Below, one piece after another: positions 23,121 to 34,271 of a DNA stretch of 64,000 nt. Each line of letters opens with the position of its first letter. Position 1 is the stretch's first letter. Under the pieces are notes generated by a model that saw only the letters and a list, made by a program, of their open reading frames with translations, ran no database searches and was not told where the DNA came from. The position numbers and the translations under genes are program-made. Origin of the DNA: Paramoeba atlantica (Eukaryota > Protista > Discosea); NCBI GenBank assembly GCA_977017575.1, contig CDRNVI010000037.1, positions 62,001-126,000 of the forward strand. The letters are read 5' to 3'.

Positions 23121-23996
23121 TTAATACGGCACATTTATATTGCATATTGCACAAAATACCTTCCAACAAACGAAGTAACCGAAAAATGCATTTACTCAGG
23201 GACGCAAATGGGTTTCACGTTTGCTCCCGGTGAGGCCCCGGAGTTGCGAGAGGCCTCCATACCCCACAACTACCACCTTCCCCCCTATTTAGCGGGGGTC
23301 GCGTGAGCGACCCCTGATAAATGGGGGGAAAGTGGTAGTTGCTTTGGGGAATATGAGAGGCCGAACGCACGGAGGGGCCGGCCGGTCCAAAAAACCCAGA
23401 TCTTGTTTACTCGTCTGCGACATAAACCGGTGAATGCTGCAAAAAAAATTAAGTTGAGGTGTATATTATGTAATATAAGGTGTATATTATATAATATAGT
23501 TACTATAAACTTTTAAAAACTATAAGAAACTATATTTTTTTGTTTAACTTTTTAAGCTCTCTTGAGCTCACCAACACGCCATAAATACACAGAAAATTCA
23601 TTTGTGTGCGATTTTTCTTGTTTTCAAACCCGAAAATTAATGCCCGAAATATAAGTTACGTGGGGTAATTTCTGCAAAGATTATTTTATTGAAGTGTGGC
23701 GCACGGAGGGAAGTAAGCAAACGGTTGAATGTAACTTTCGTCAGAAGGGGACGTGCCCCAGTCCCATGTGGCCTTGACAAATTGCCTTATGCGAATCTTG
23801 CGTCTCGAACATTTCACTGCATCGCTGTCGCCGTGCAGTGGCTGAAGCCGCCGACCATATGTCTTAGGACTGAACAATTGCTGTTCACAATTTTATGAGT
23901 TTGAATAAATTTTAAGAGTTTGAATAAATTACTATAAATAAATTACTATAAAAAATAAATAACCTACTTTTACGTTGATTTTTTCAATTGTTTCGT

Positions 23997-24599
23997 ATGT
24001 TTGGCCTGCCCTGGAGCGTCTGCGTCAATATTTTTCCCTCTGACACAGGCTCGAGTTCTACTCGACTGGGAAAAGTACGGCACAATTTCCTCCCTTTGGA
24101 GTATAAACTGACGCAACTGGTGGAAAACATTGTCCACCAACCCCCGACATGGGGTACCGAAACCCCAGCCTGTGAGTGGCCAGGAGTTCAATGTGACGCG
24201 CACGAAACCATCACTCGTATTTTCTGGACGTCATTGGGCTTAGCCGGGCCGTTGTGTTGGGATCACCTCCCCGACACACTGGTATACATCGACACCTGGA
24301 GCAATAAACTTTGTGGTACAGTGCCCTGGGCAAGACTCCCGGAGGGACTCGAAACGCTGTCGCTCGTGAGTAATGAATTTATCGGGGTGGTAGACCTGTC
24401 GGCGCTTCCGTCCTCGCTCATGGTCTTAAACCTCGCGGGAAATCAATTCAATGGTAAAGTTGAATTCTCATCTCTACCATTTTCCCTTGATTTTTTGAAT
24501 TTAGATGAGAATTCCGCGCTGGAGGGAGAGGCAGATGTAGCGAATTGCTTACGACGAGTTGCATATACCTGGAAAAATACAGGTATCACAGTAATATAG
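23997..24599 (+). CDS. LRR family copy 3
   Basis: RLGKVRHNFLPLEYKL..W.TETPACEWPGVQC plus LRRs. Confidence 0.85.
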   Translation: MFGLPWSVCVNIFPSDTGSSSTRLGKVRHNFLPLEYKLTQLVENIVHQPPTWGTETPACEWPGVQCDAHETITRIFWTSLGLAGPLCWDHLPDTLVYIDTWSNKLCGTVPWARLPEGLETLSLVSNEFIGVVDLSALPSSLMVLNLAGNQFNGKVEFSSLPFSLDFLNLDENSALEGEADVANCLRRVAYTWKNTGITVI

Positions 24600-25750
24600 T
24601 GGAAATGGAATATACAATGTATGTGTAAGAATCTCTACGTCTTGGAATTTAGCTCCTCGTCTTTCGCAAAGTTATTCATCATAATATGACATATGGGTTG
24701 TAGGATAATGAATTTCTCCTCGTTTCTGAATAGTGTGACCTCCCGCGTCTACTTCACGTGCCCCCTTCACGTGAGGGGCTGCGGGTATGATCTCGCGTGA
24801 TCTCACATGATCTCGTTTTGAGGTCGTCCAACCACCCTCCCGAGCCAAATCCGCTCGAGAGATCTCGCATGATCTCACGTGATCTCGTCTTGGGCCTCGC
24901 CCGCATCCCCTCACGTGTATAATTATTATACACGTGTACAGAGTGGCTGCTTGTATGGGATCTATGTCGAAATGTTTCTGCGGTATGTTAAGTTTTCCCC
25001 TTTAACTCATCTTCCCAGCTGCGTAAAAACTACGTACGGAAGTTTAACTACATCGTTTTCGCAAATCATGCACTGTCTAATTTGGATATTTGACGCCTAT
25101 CAAATTTTATTGTCCAGTACTACTTTGGCATTATTATTTTGAGGACAGCTGATGCATACACCAATCTAGCGCATAATGATTCCAACTGGTGCAACGGTAA
25201 ATGAGAAACTATACTGTCTGGGATTTTCTTTATGAAACGATTACAGTGTTATATTTAATTACGGTATTATTGAGGGAGATACGGAGTATCTAACTCGCTT
25301 ACTAAGGTTAATTCCAAAACTTGAAAATGCCCTTCAAAGAAGCGAGAGATCGAGTTTTTTCAAAATTTTAAAACGTAGCAGTAGCTCATTAGATGAACTC
25401 TTTAATACTCGAAAAATCATCTACAACGACCTCATTTCCCAAATTGTAGAACACTTTTGGTAAAAAAAAGTGCGTCTGCAAAGGTCTGCGATACGACAAA
25501 CTGGTTGACTAAGGAGAGTCCTTTGAGTAGTCCAGTTGGTAAAGGGGTTCCATTTTGACGCTGGATGTCCGCGGTTCGATTCCCGGCATCGACATTTTTG
25601 AACAAAAAAAAATTATATGCTCAAAATCGCGAAAAAAACAAATTCGGAACGATTTTTTTTTTCAGATTTTTTTTTTCTTGAAAAAAGTGGCCAGCTGGGC
25701 CACCAAAAACACGGTTTGCATTTTGTATATATATAGAGAGAAAAATAATG

Positions 25751-27725
25751 TGCAGGTCCGAGTGGTACAGTGTGTAGCTACAGTGGCCCTTGAGAGAGTG
25801 AGAGCAGTGCCACGTGAGGCAGTGATTGCACAGTGATGCAGTGCAGCTGCAGTGGCACGTGCCAGAATAAGTGCACTGCCATGTGAGGCAGTGACTGCAG
25901 TGATGCAGTGTAGCTACAGTGGCACGTGCCAGAATAAGTGCACTGCCATGTGAGGCAGTGACTGCAGTGATGCAGTGTAGCTGCAGTGGCACGTGAGAGA
26001 GTAAGTGCACTGCCATGTGAGGCAGTGACTGCAGTGATGCAGTGTAGCTGCAGTGGCACGTGAGAGAGTAAGAGTAGTGCCACGTGAGGCAGTGACTGCA
26101 GTGATGCAGCGCAGCTGCAGCGGCACGTGCGAGAGTAAGATTACTGCCACGTGAGGCAGTGAATGCAGTGTAGATACAGTGGAATGTGAGAGAGTCAGTG
26201 ACTGCAGTGTAGCTACAGTGGCACGTGAGAGAGTAAGATTACTGCCACGTGAGGCAGTGAATGCAGTGTAGATACAGTGGAATGTGAGAGAGTCAGTGAC
26301 TCGCGGGCGTAGTTGGTAGACGGTGGGCCTTACAACCTGCAGGTTGTTGGTTCGATTCCCGCTATCGACAAAACTCGCAACCTGGCGGCCTCACTACAAA
26401 GGGAAAGCGATCAGGAGTGCCTTCACCCAACCCCGCTCCCCTGGAGGACCGACCCGGAACCGCCGAGCTGAACCAGGCTCCAGCGCAGCCGCTAAATTGC
26501 GAGCTGCTTACGCAAAGGAGGCTTGAGACACAGCCTACACGATGCAACGGGGTTGGACGCCCGTCCTGGTAGCTACGGTTGGGTAGCCGTGCTCGGGCCG
26601 CAAGGCGTCGAGTGCCGTCTGGGAAGGGGGTAGCAAGACGATGAAGGTCGGTGTCCTGAGACTCTACCCTAACGGTTGGCGCTGCAGAGCCCTCCGTGTT
26701 CTTCTCTTCTCTAAGATTACTGCCACGTGAGGCAGTGAATGCAGTGTAGATACAGTGGAATGTGAGAGAGTCAGTGACTGCAGTGTAGCTACAGTGGCAC
26801 GTGAGAGAGTAAGAATACTGCCACGTGAGGCAGTGACTGCAGTGATGCAGTGCAGCTGCAGTAACACGTGAGAGAGTGAGAGTACTGCCACGTGAGGCAG
26901 TGACTGCAGTGTAGCTGCAGTAGCACGTGAGAGAGTAAGTGTACTGCCACGTGAGGCAGTGACTGCAGTGTAGCTGCAGTAGCACGTGAGAGAGTGAGAG
27001 TACTGCCACGTGAGGCAGTGACTGCATCGGCACTGTACCTACAGTGGCACGTGAGAGAGTGAGAGCAGTGCCCCGTGAGGCAGTGACTGCAGTGTAGCTG
27101 CAGTGGCACGTGCGAGAGTAAGAGTAGTGCCGCGTGAGGCAGTGATTGCAGTGTAGCTACAGTGAGAGAGTAAGATTACTGCCACGTGAGAGATTACTGG
27201 CACGTGAGAGAGTAAGATTACTGCCACGTGAGGCAGTGAATGCAGTGATGCAGTGCAGCTGCAGTAGCACGTGAGAGAGTAAGTGTACTGCCACGTGAGG
27301 CAGTGATTGCAGTGTAGATACAGTGGCAGAGTGACAGGCAGTGCCACGTGAGGCAGTGACTGCAGTGATGCAGTGCAGCTGCAGTAGCACGTGAGAGAGT
27401 AAGATTACTGCCACGTGAGGCAGTGAATGCATCGGCACTGTACCTACAGTGGCACGTGAGAGAGTGAGAGCAGTGCCCCGTGAGGCAGTGATGCAGTGTA
27501 GCTGCAGTAACACGTGAGAGAGTGAGAGTACTGCCACGTGAGGCAGTGACTGCAGTGTAGCTGCAGTAGCACGTGAGAGAGTGAGAGTACTTCCACGTGA
27601 GGCAGTGATCGCAGTGCAGCTGCATTGGCACGTGCGAGAGTAAGAGTAGTGTCACGTGAGGCAGCGACTGCAGTGTAGATACAGTGGCACGTGAGAGAGT
27701 AAGTGTACTGCCACGTGGGGCAGTG
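25751..27725. repeat. 59/67-bp palindrome-rich satellite, flanked by direct repeats (25684-25744, about 27950-28011)
   Basis: Unit gtggcacgtgagagagtaagNNNactgccacgtgaggcagtgactgcagtg(atgcagtg)tagctgca; 67-bp spacing between 25852 and 25919. Confidence 0.95.
26302..26712 (+). mobile_element. About 410-bp tRNA-headed, structured insertion (SINE-like) inside the satellite
   Basis: A-box-like tagttggt and B-box ggttcgattccc in the first 70 nt; several hairpins including gcc-GCAA-ggc; ends in cttctcttctct. Confidence 0.55.
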
Positions 27726-28133
27726 ACTCACGTTGAGTGAGTCCACTGAGTGAGTCCCACGGGGGTGGGAGAGTGTTGTGGAAGAGTGGCCTGCTGGCCA
27801 TGTTGTGGAAGGGTGGCCAGCTGGCCATGTTGTGGAAGTGACCATGTTTTGGAAGTGGCCATGTTGTGGAAGTGACCATGTTTTAGAAGTGGCCAATTTG
27901 TGGAAGGGTGGCCAGCTGGCCACCAAAAACACGGTATGTGCTTCGTCGAAAAGTGGCCAGCTGGCCACCAAAAACACGGTTTGCATTTTGTATATATGTA
28001 GAGAAAAAAAAACGAGCAGGGTCATACTTCAAAAAAAAGATTTCAGAAGCTTGTTTCCTTCAAGATTACTTGTCACGAGGTAAAGCACGACCCGCGCCAG
28101 CGGGTCTGCACCGCCTCGAACGGCCCGCCGTAT

Positions 28134-28338
28134 AACCCAGATTGAAAGGGGCGAGGGTGATACGAAGCAACAGGCGTGGCAGATTCCCACTGAAAAGAAA
28201 TGGTATCTCCCTCACGAAGTTTGTCTCCGAGCTAGAAAGCGCAAAGGCTTTTCTCGTGCGGGGAGATACCATTTCTTTTCAGTGGGAATCTGCCACGCCT
28301 GTTGCTTCGTATCTCCCTCGCCCCTTTCAATCTGGGTT
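28134..28338. repeat. Near-perfect foldback hairpin with 78-bp arms
   Basis: 28134-28211 is the reverse complement of 28261-28338 with 1 mismatch. Confidence 0.95.
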
Positions 28339-28589
28339 TAATTACGCTTTTAAGGTTATTTTTGGCTAAAATTAATCTTAATTAAATTAACCGTAATATA
28401 CTCGTAAGTTAATAATTTTTGAACACACTTTTTGAGCGCCCAAGCCATTGGATTCGTCTGTGATCATTTTATAAAGGTTTGTGTTTCGTATGAAAGTGAG
28501 GTCGATGGTGATAGACATGAAAAAAAGTATTTTGTTTCGGGGCTAAAAATAATCTTAAATAAAGATAACCGTAATTAAAAATAATGTCA

Positions 28590-28700
28590 CTTTTTTAGGC
28601 TCTTCGTTAAACGCGGTGGTTGTTTTCAACTTAGAAGTCACTCATGCTGCGCGCTTCGCGTTGAAAACTACCGCCGCGCTTAACGAAGAGCCTAAAAAAG
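28590..28700. repeat. 111-bp palindromic element, copy 2 (inverted relative to copy 1)
   Basis: Same arms as copy 1; the spacer is the reverse complement of the copy 1 spacer. Confidence 0.85.
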
Positions 28701-29363
28701 AAAATTTAGCCTGGAAAACGGAAAAATTATAGCCAAAAATAGCCGAATTTCGGGTAAAAATGGGGTGATTTTCGCGTATTTTTGCTGTCAGAGCACTAAA
28801 TCCGACATTTGCGCGTGGGAAATCACTCGTAGGCATGAGTGTCAGTATAGTTCGAAGTATCACTTCGAAGAAGTGATACCTTGCGAAAACAACTGCGGAG
28901 AAAGCTAGTGTAGGTCCCAAACTATCAAAATACAATAGGGGAAACGATTTTGGAAAAATATTTTTTTTGTCATTTTTCTCGCCAATTTGAAATTTTTTTC
29001 AAAAAAATTTTTCCGAAAATATCCGAACTTGGCGGACCCGTCCTGCGGATACGCGCGGGGGTCACCCCCGGGTAGGGGGGTGGAAAATGCGCGCCAAGAC
29101 CCCGGCTACCCTTTCTGCGGTTTTTTTTCGAAAACTAATTTTTTCGAAAAAATTTGCTCGACCATGACCCCCCCCCTGGACCCCCCCCATGGACCCCCCA
29201 TTTTTTTCAAATTTTTTTTTCAGTTTTGGTCCACCGGAGCCCCCTTTTATATTTTTTTCTTCTATTATATTACTGTGTTCCCCTTTATATTTTCACTGTT
29301 TTTGTTCACTTTTTTTTCAATAATCGAGTGTAGAGCGGTAGTTTTACAACCACCGCAACCGTG

Positions 29364-30290
29364 TTATAATCCACTCCTATTTGAATACTTCACTGTACTC
29401 AAGTTATATTGCTTCGTGTCATGGTTGCAGACTCCTAGAAAATTATGCTGCGTAGAATTACACGTGTCTTGTACAATAGGGTGATCGACATCAAGGAGTG
29501 TCAACGAAGTTAAATAAAGTTGCCGAGGGCGAATACGCCAGTCGACGCACTCACTGTTCCACAGAAGTCCGAATGCCGACTTCAGAAATTCTTTGCTATG
29601 CTGATTGTAGTGGAGCAGTTTGTGTTTGTCTAAATGCCCAAAAAAACGTTCTCTTCGGTTTCTCACACGTCGAAAATCTATGTTAAATAGGTCATCGACG
29701 GAAGAACCTGTTTCTTGGCGTGGGCAGTGGCGCACAGATCGGTAAGTTTTGTCTGCAATCACCATTTCATCCACCTTGTGGGTTCATCCATAAATATCGG
29801 ACCCAGCCAAGCATTCACTGTCGTGCATGCTACCTTCAAAGGGTCCACTCCACGCTAAGGGACAGCCGTCGATCATGATGAAGACCTGAAAAGTCCAGTA
29901 TTTTGTGGCGTGCTTTCCGTTATACAGACTTTGCGGGCCCCTTCTGAAGACAGGAAGTCCATCGACAATTGAAGTACACATAAAATAGTTCTCTTCACGC
30001 ACTCTAAATCTTCTTTCAACATCAGCCATGTTTCCTACGTTGTTGGAGGCAGCAAGAACAGGTTCCATAATCGACTTTCTAAACCATGTAGGAGAAAAAA
30101 GACGATTGCCAATGTAAGGATAAAGAACAGCACAAGCCTGTTCGAAAGTTAAATTCATGTGCAACATAGAAATAGCGAAAACTTGAATGTTGGAGCAATT
30201 AAACGTCTGTGAAAGGTACTGAACAATGTCGGGGTTGTATCCGGTGAAAGCATGGCACACAAGGGTCCAAGGCAACATGGGATTTGACAT
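29364..30290 (-). mobile_element. PIF/Harbinger or ISL2EU (IS5-like DDE) transposase with one internal stop
   Basis: TSIVDG, GPFEGSMHDSE, VIADKTY and FRRVRNRRERFFGHL, in two in-frame ORFs separated by a stop at about 29784. Confidence 0.75.
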
Positions 30291-30547
30291 ACAATACCAG
30301 TATGAAACACTGCGTTAGGATAAGAAAACACTTGCTAGAAACTGTTAACAAATAGAAGCGCTCAAAAAATTGCAGAAATGAAAAACAGAAGAAGAGCTTT
30401 CATTAGACAAAGCAATAAAATATTGTTTCATGAACACAAGAGTAACAGCAACAACGTAGAACGACTAGCAACTTTTATAACTTGTTTGTACCTATGCCAC
30501 TTTCTACTTTTCGTTTACCGGTCTTCGTACATGTACCTTTTTCCTTT

Positions 30548-31552
30548 TCACTTTCGAATGGAACGCGAACCTGCCTGGTCATATAATGATTTAGTTGGAC
30601 GAGACAATTTTTGACCATCATAGATTAGAGGCGGTCTGTTTAATGCTTCACTGGATCGGCTATTTGACGCTTCCTGTCGACGAACGGTGTTATTCGCCTC
30701 CAGACTCTGCACACGAGCCTGTAAAATTGAGCACTGGTCCTTGAGGGATTGTACTTCACTTTTCAGTGCAAGAAATTCGTCTTGCAACTGATTTACGTCA
30801 CGTGCCGTTTGCGATGCTGAAGCCTCCGTTAGGGAAACGACCCTCTTTATATCCCTGGTGCGCTCGCGACATCGCTTGGCCACTTCAGAGGAATCCCCAC
30901 GTAAACTTCGCCAAACGCTACGAAACCATTCAGCAACAACTTCATGAGCACTAGAAGAATTCTCATACAAGCCAGAGTAACACTTCTTCAAGTACTCACA
31001 TAGTTTTTTGGATAGCAATTCGAGCGGAAGCTCTTTCATGTTTAATCCCCATTTCCCGCACGCGCTTTTCCACTGCCAATAAGCTGGCATTTCTTCTTCC
31101 TTTACCCCGTTGAGCATTGAGCGCTCATCATCTTTGAAGAACAATAATCCCGTATCACGCGATTGAGTCAACAAGACCAGAGCTTCCAATAATATACGCT
31201 CGTCGATGGGCACTCCACACAAAGAGCGCGTCACACCAGTATGCGCCATGTCTTGAACAAGATTCCGTCGCGCTACCAGCCATCCTGCACAGGTTTCCAA
31301 GATGTTCTCTTCTATACGATCTAGGAGATCCGCAGGTGGCATACGCTTCTCAGCATATTTTATGCTATTTTTTTCGGCCGCGCTCAGTCCCGCAAACTTG
31401 ATATCCACTATTTCCTTACGGGTTAGTGGTATCAAGAAGGTTTCTTTCATCTGGTGGCGCACCCACTTACGAAGACGTTCATAAGTGTCTGAGGAAGGAT
31501 TTCCGTAGACGTCTTGATAAACGTTTTGATCGGGGGGCAAGTCGTGTTCCAT
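30548..31552 (-). CDS. Hypothetical protein with C-terminal coiled coil; probable accessory ORF of the Harbinger-like element
   Basis: 334-aa ORF directly upstream of and co-oriented with the transposase, against the host-gene strand. Confidence 0.5.
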   Translation of the reverse strand: MEHDLPPDQNVYQDVYGNPSSDTYERLRKWVRHQMKETFLIPLTRKEIVDIKFAGLSAAEKNSIKYAEKRMPPADLLDRIEENILETCAGWLVARRNLVQDMAHTGVTRSLCGVPIDERILLEALVLLTQSRDTGLLFFKDDERSMLNGVKEEEMPAYWQWKSACGKWGLNMKELPLELLSKKLCEYLKKCYSGLYENSSSAHEVVAEWFRSVWRSLRGDSSEVAKRCRERTRDIKRVVSLTEASASQTARDVNQLQDEFLALKSEVQSLKDQCSILQARVQSLEANNTVRRQEASNSRSSEALNRPPLIYDGQKLSRPTKSLYDQAGSRSIRK

Positions 31553-32027
31553 TCAAAAACGAGCCCGAAAAACTAGGTGCAAAACAAAAAATTGCTATTA
31601 AATATTTATTTTTTTGGTAGTCAAATTGCACTATACAATTACAAAATACAAAATATAGATTAGAAAGAAACTGCATATTCTCCACAACTTAAGTGTCCGA
31701 ACTTTTAACTCGACCGAACACGGGCGAACACGGGCGAAGAACGCTAGAACCGAGCAGGCTTCACCCCTCTAAGGCAGTCGCAAAACTTCATAAATTTAAC
31801 CCCGGGTCCATCATTGAAACTATTCGTTTTTTATTCTAAAGATCAACCGGAAACGTTTAAGAATATCTTCCGGGACTATCGTATTCGTTTACTCTTGGTC
31901 AAGGAGGCCAAATGGCATATGACTAAATACTGGAGAATACTTTGCACTCCTTTTCCGCGTCTTCTGACTTATTTTACCACTGTTCTTCATCCGAAACATT
32001 CGAAAAAGTACACCCAAAAAAGTTGTA

Positions 32028-32361
32028 CTGTGCCCCCCCCCTAGTTATCTGTCACACGTCACCCCCTAGTTATCTGTCACTTTTTGGCACTTCGAATTTT
32101 TTTTCGTCGACTACCCCACTAGTCGACTTTTTTATCTGTCACTTTTTAAAAATAGGGAAAATGCTTTTTTCTGAAAAAAATGATAAAATGAAACTTACAT
32201 TTTTTCTTTTTGTGTTTCAAGCGAATGGTCGTGCGTGGTGCTATTATACACTGATGCTATATATACACTGATCCGCCTAGTTATCTGTCACACCCCTACC
32301 CCCCCTAGTTATCTGTCACCTTTTCGCGAAAAGCAGTGACAGATAAGTAGGGGGGGTACAG
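32028..32361. mobile_element. MITE with TA duplication (CTAGTTATCTGTCAC family)
   Basis: TA|ctgtgcccccccc ... ggggggtacag|TA, with internal ctagttatctgtcac repeats. Confidence 0.8.
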
Positions 32362-32524
32362 TAATTAGCTTTTTTGACCCCTACCTGGCTAGGGGGGTAG
32401 GGGGTCGCTCGAGTGAAAAGGATCTCTCATTCGGAACGATTGGGTCGAAAAACGGTGGTATACCAAATCTTTCCAAAATCGAACAAAATACAAGACCTGT
32501 AGGGGGGGTAAAAGAAGCTGATCA

Positions 32525-33752
32525 CCACTGTATGTCCAGCTAAGGTTGTTGTCAAAATCTGTTGTATTTCCCGGGCATAGACATCCCCCATCGGCATGCG
32601 CATCATCTCATAAGTCGCCCCCCATATTGAAAGCGATAGTGCGCCCCAGCCTCACGGGGTCATTGTACTTGAAAGAAACCAGTCTTCAAATTCCTTTTTA
32701 TAGATTGTTCATGAAGAATTTTCCCTACGTAAGAAATAGGCTGTCCAATTGGGACATTTGCTAGACATTTCATTTCTAACTCTTGGTTCTGTTGTTTTGG
32801 CCAGCAAATAAATCGACGGCGCGCTCCCTCTGCTCCTTCTTCGTGTGTTGTAAAAGGTATTACCTCGCCTTTCGTAGGACGACTCTTTAATTCGTCGTAG
32901 TCTACCCTTCGTATAATGTTTGATTTCACTAATTGTACCAAGTCTGCTTCTGAAACAGGATTTACTTATAGGAGAAAATTTTGTGTAGCGATTATTGCAT
33001 GTGGGAGAAATTAAAAGTTTCCAGATTTCGTCAAATCTTTCTTTGACAGCGGATGTCATCCATTGCATCAATGTATTCAAATCCAGAGCAGTCACGTTAG
33101 GGGTATGAATAGGTAACTTTATCTGTTCTGGCGTGGGCTTCTGACACGTTCGATGGTGGCGCGACCACACTCTACGACTTCTAAATTGCGCATGTTTCTC
33201 TTTTGTATCCCATGATATGCCTAGTTGGGTCGGTCCCGTTTCCTTTACAACAATCTCGTTGCATGCTGGGTCCCCAAAGCTCGGGCTGTATTTTCGTTTA
33301 TCCCGGAATATCGGAGGAGTGAAGATATTTGGCGATGGTTGGTCAGGCGCATAACCTCCTCCATAGTTACTTTCCCATGCGCAACACTCTCCATTAATTG
33401 GTGAACACCCCCGCGCTTGATGGAATGGGACGAATATTCCTTCCCCAGGTGGCTTCGTAAGAAGCGGGTGATATGGATCGACCCAAGACTCGTAATTCGA
33501 GTGCAGGGGGGAAGGATTGCGCAAATACTGGTACAGACGGTTGGTATGTGTACCATCGAAAACAAACCATTGTATCGGGGCGAAAAAGTTGAGCCTTTGT
33601 AGTCTTCGTTTTGTGGCCCCAGTAAAGGACAATGCAGTCCGGTCGCAATACTATGAAATCTTTCCGCATCAGATGACTAACTTCCCCCGATCGGGAGGCA
33701 GTTTTGTGGGCTATAAGGACCGTTGCCGCCATTTCGGGCGTCATAAATGGTA
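32525..33752 (-). mobile_element. TATE/DIRS-like tyrosine-recombinase retroelement fragment (YR followed by RT start)
   Basis: YR motifs KTASRSGEV, KTKT, YSSHSIKRGG and TNHRQISSLLRY; downstream RRRFICWPKQQN, LKTGFFQ and MRMPMG resemble RT motifs. Frameshifted. Confidence 0.7.
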
Positions 33753-33755
33753 GTA

Positions 33756-34271
33756 CTATCCCCCCCCTATCCTAGCGTTGCCCCGGTACCCCCTCTTATT
33801 AGCGTTGCTTTTGAAGTTCATCCTGCCGCGAAGCGGCAATTTGTTTTTCATTTTTTCCATTCATTTTTTGTGGTCATATTCATGCAAAAATATGAAATTA
33901 TTATCTTCGAAGTAATTTCTTTTTGGGTCGCTTCGCTAACCCAAGTGTCATGTCAACCCGAGTGCGCAGAACATAATTTTATGAGGTCTTCCTTTTACGA
34001 ACACCTACTTAATTTTCTAATGAATAGGAAGAAATTATAAAAACGTAATTTGATTACATCATTTTCTTAATCCTTTTAATAAGACATGGCCCGTCTAAGG
34101 TCAATTAGATCATTATAAATTATTTATTATCCACAACCCCGTAATCGCATTCACACTCCTCACCACATCCCACAACATCTTCGGCTTACCAATTTTTGTG
34201 TCCCTGTTTTTGACTCCCCCTCCTAGCGTTGCTTTTTACGAAAACCAGGCAACGCTAGGATAGGAGGATAG
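33756..34271. mobile_element. MITE with TA duplication that truncates the YR element
   Basis: TA|ctatccccccctatcctagcgttgcc ... ggcaacgctaggataggaggatag|TA. Confidence 0.85.

Noticed and set aside
25520-25585. Functional tRNA genes at about 25520, 26302 and 54871
   Set aside because: A and B boxes are present but the acceptor, anticodon and T stems have multiple mismatches; treated as tRNA-derived instead.
26560-26640. Group II intron domain V (agccgtg..GCAA..gggaaggggg)
   Set aside because: The lower stem partner and the AC bulge do not form; agccgt pairs better with the upstream acggtt.
25621-28025. Many His/Cys/Thr-rich minus-strand ORFs
   Set aside because: They are translations of the satellite, open in several frames and against the host-gene strand.
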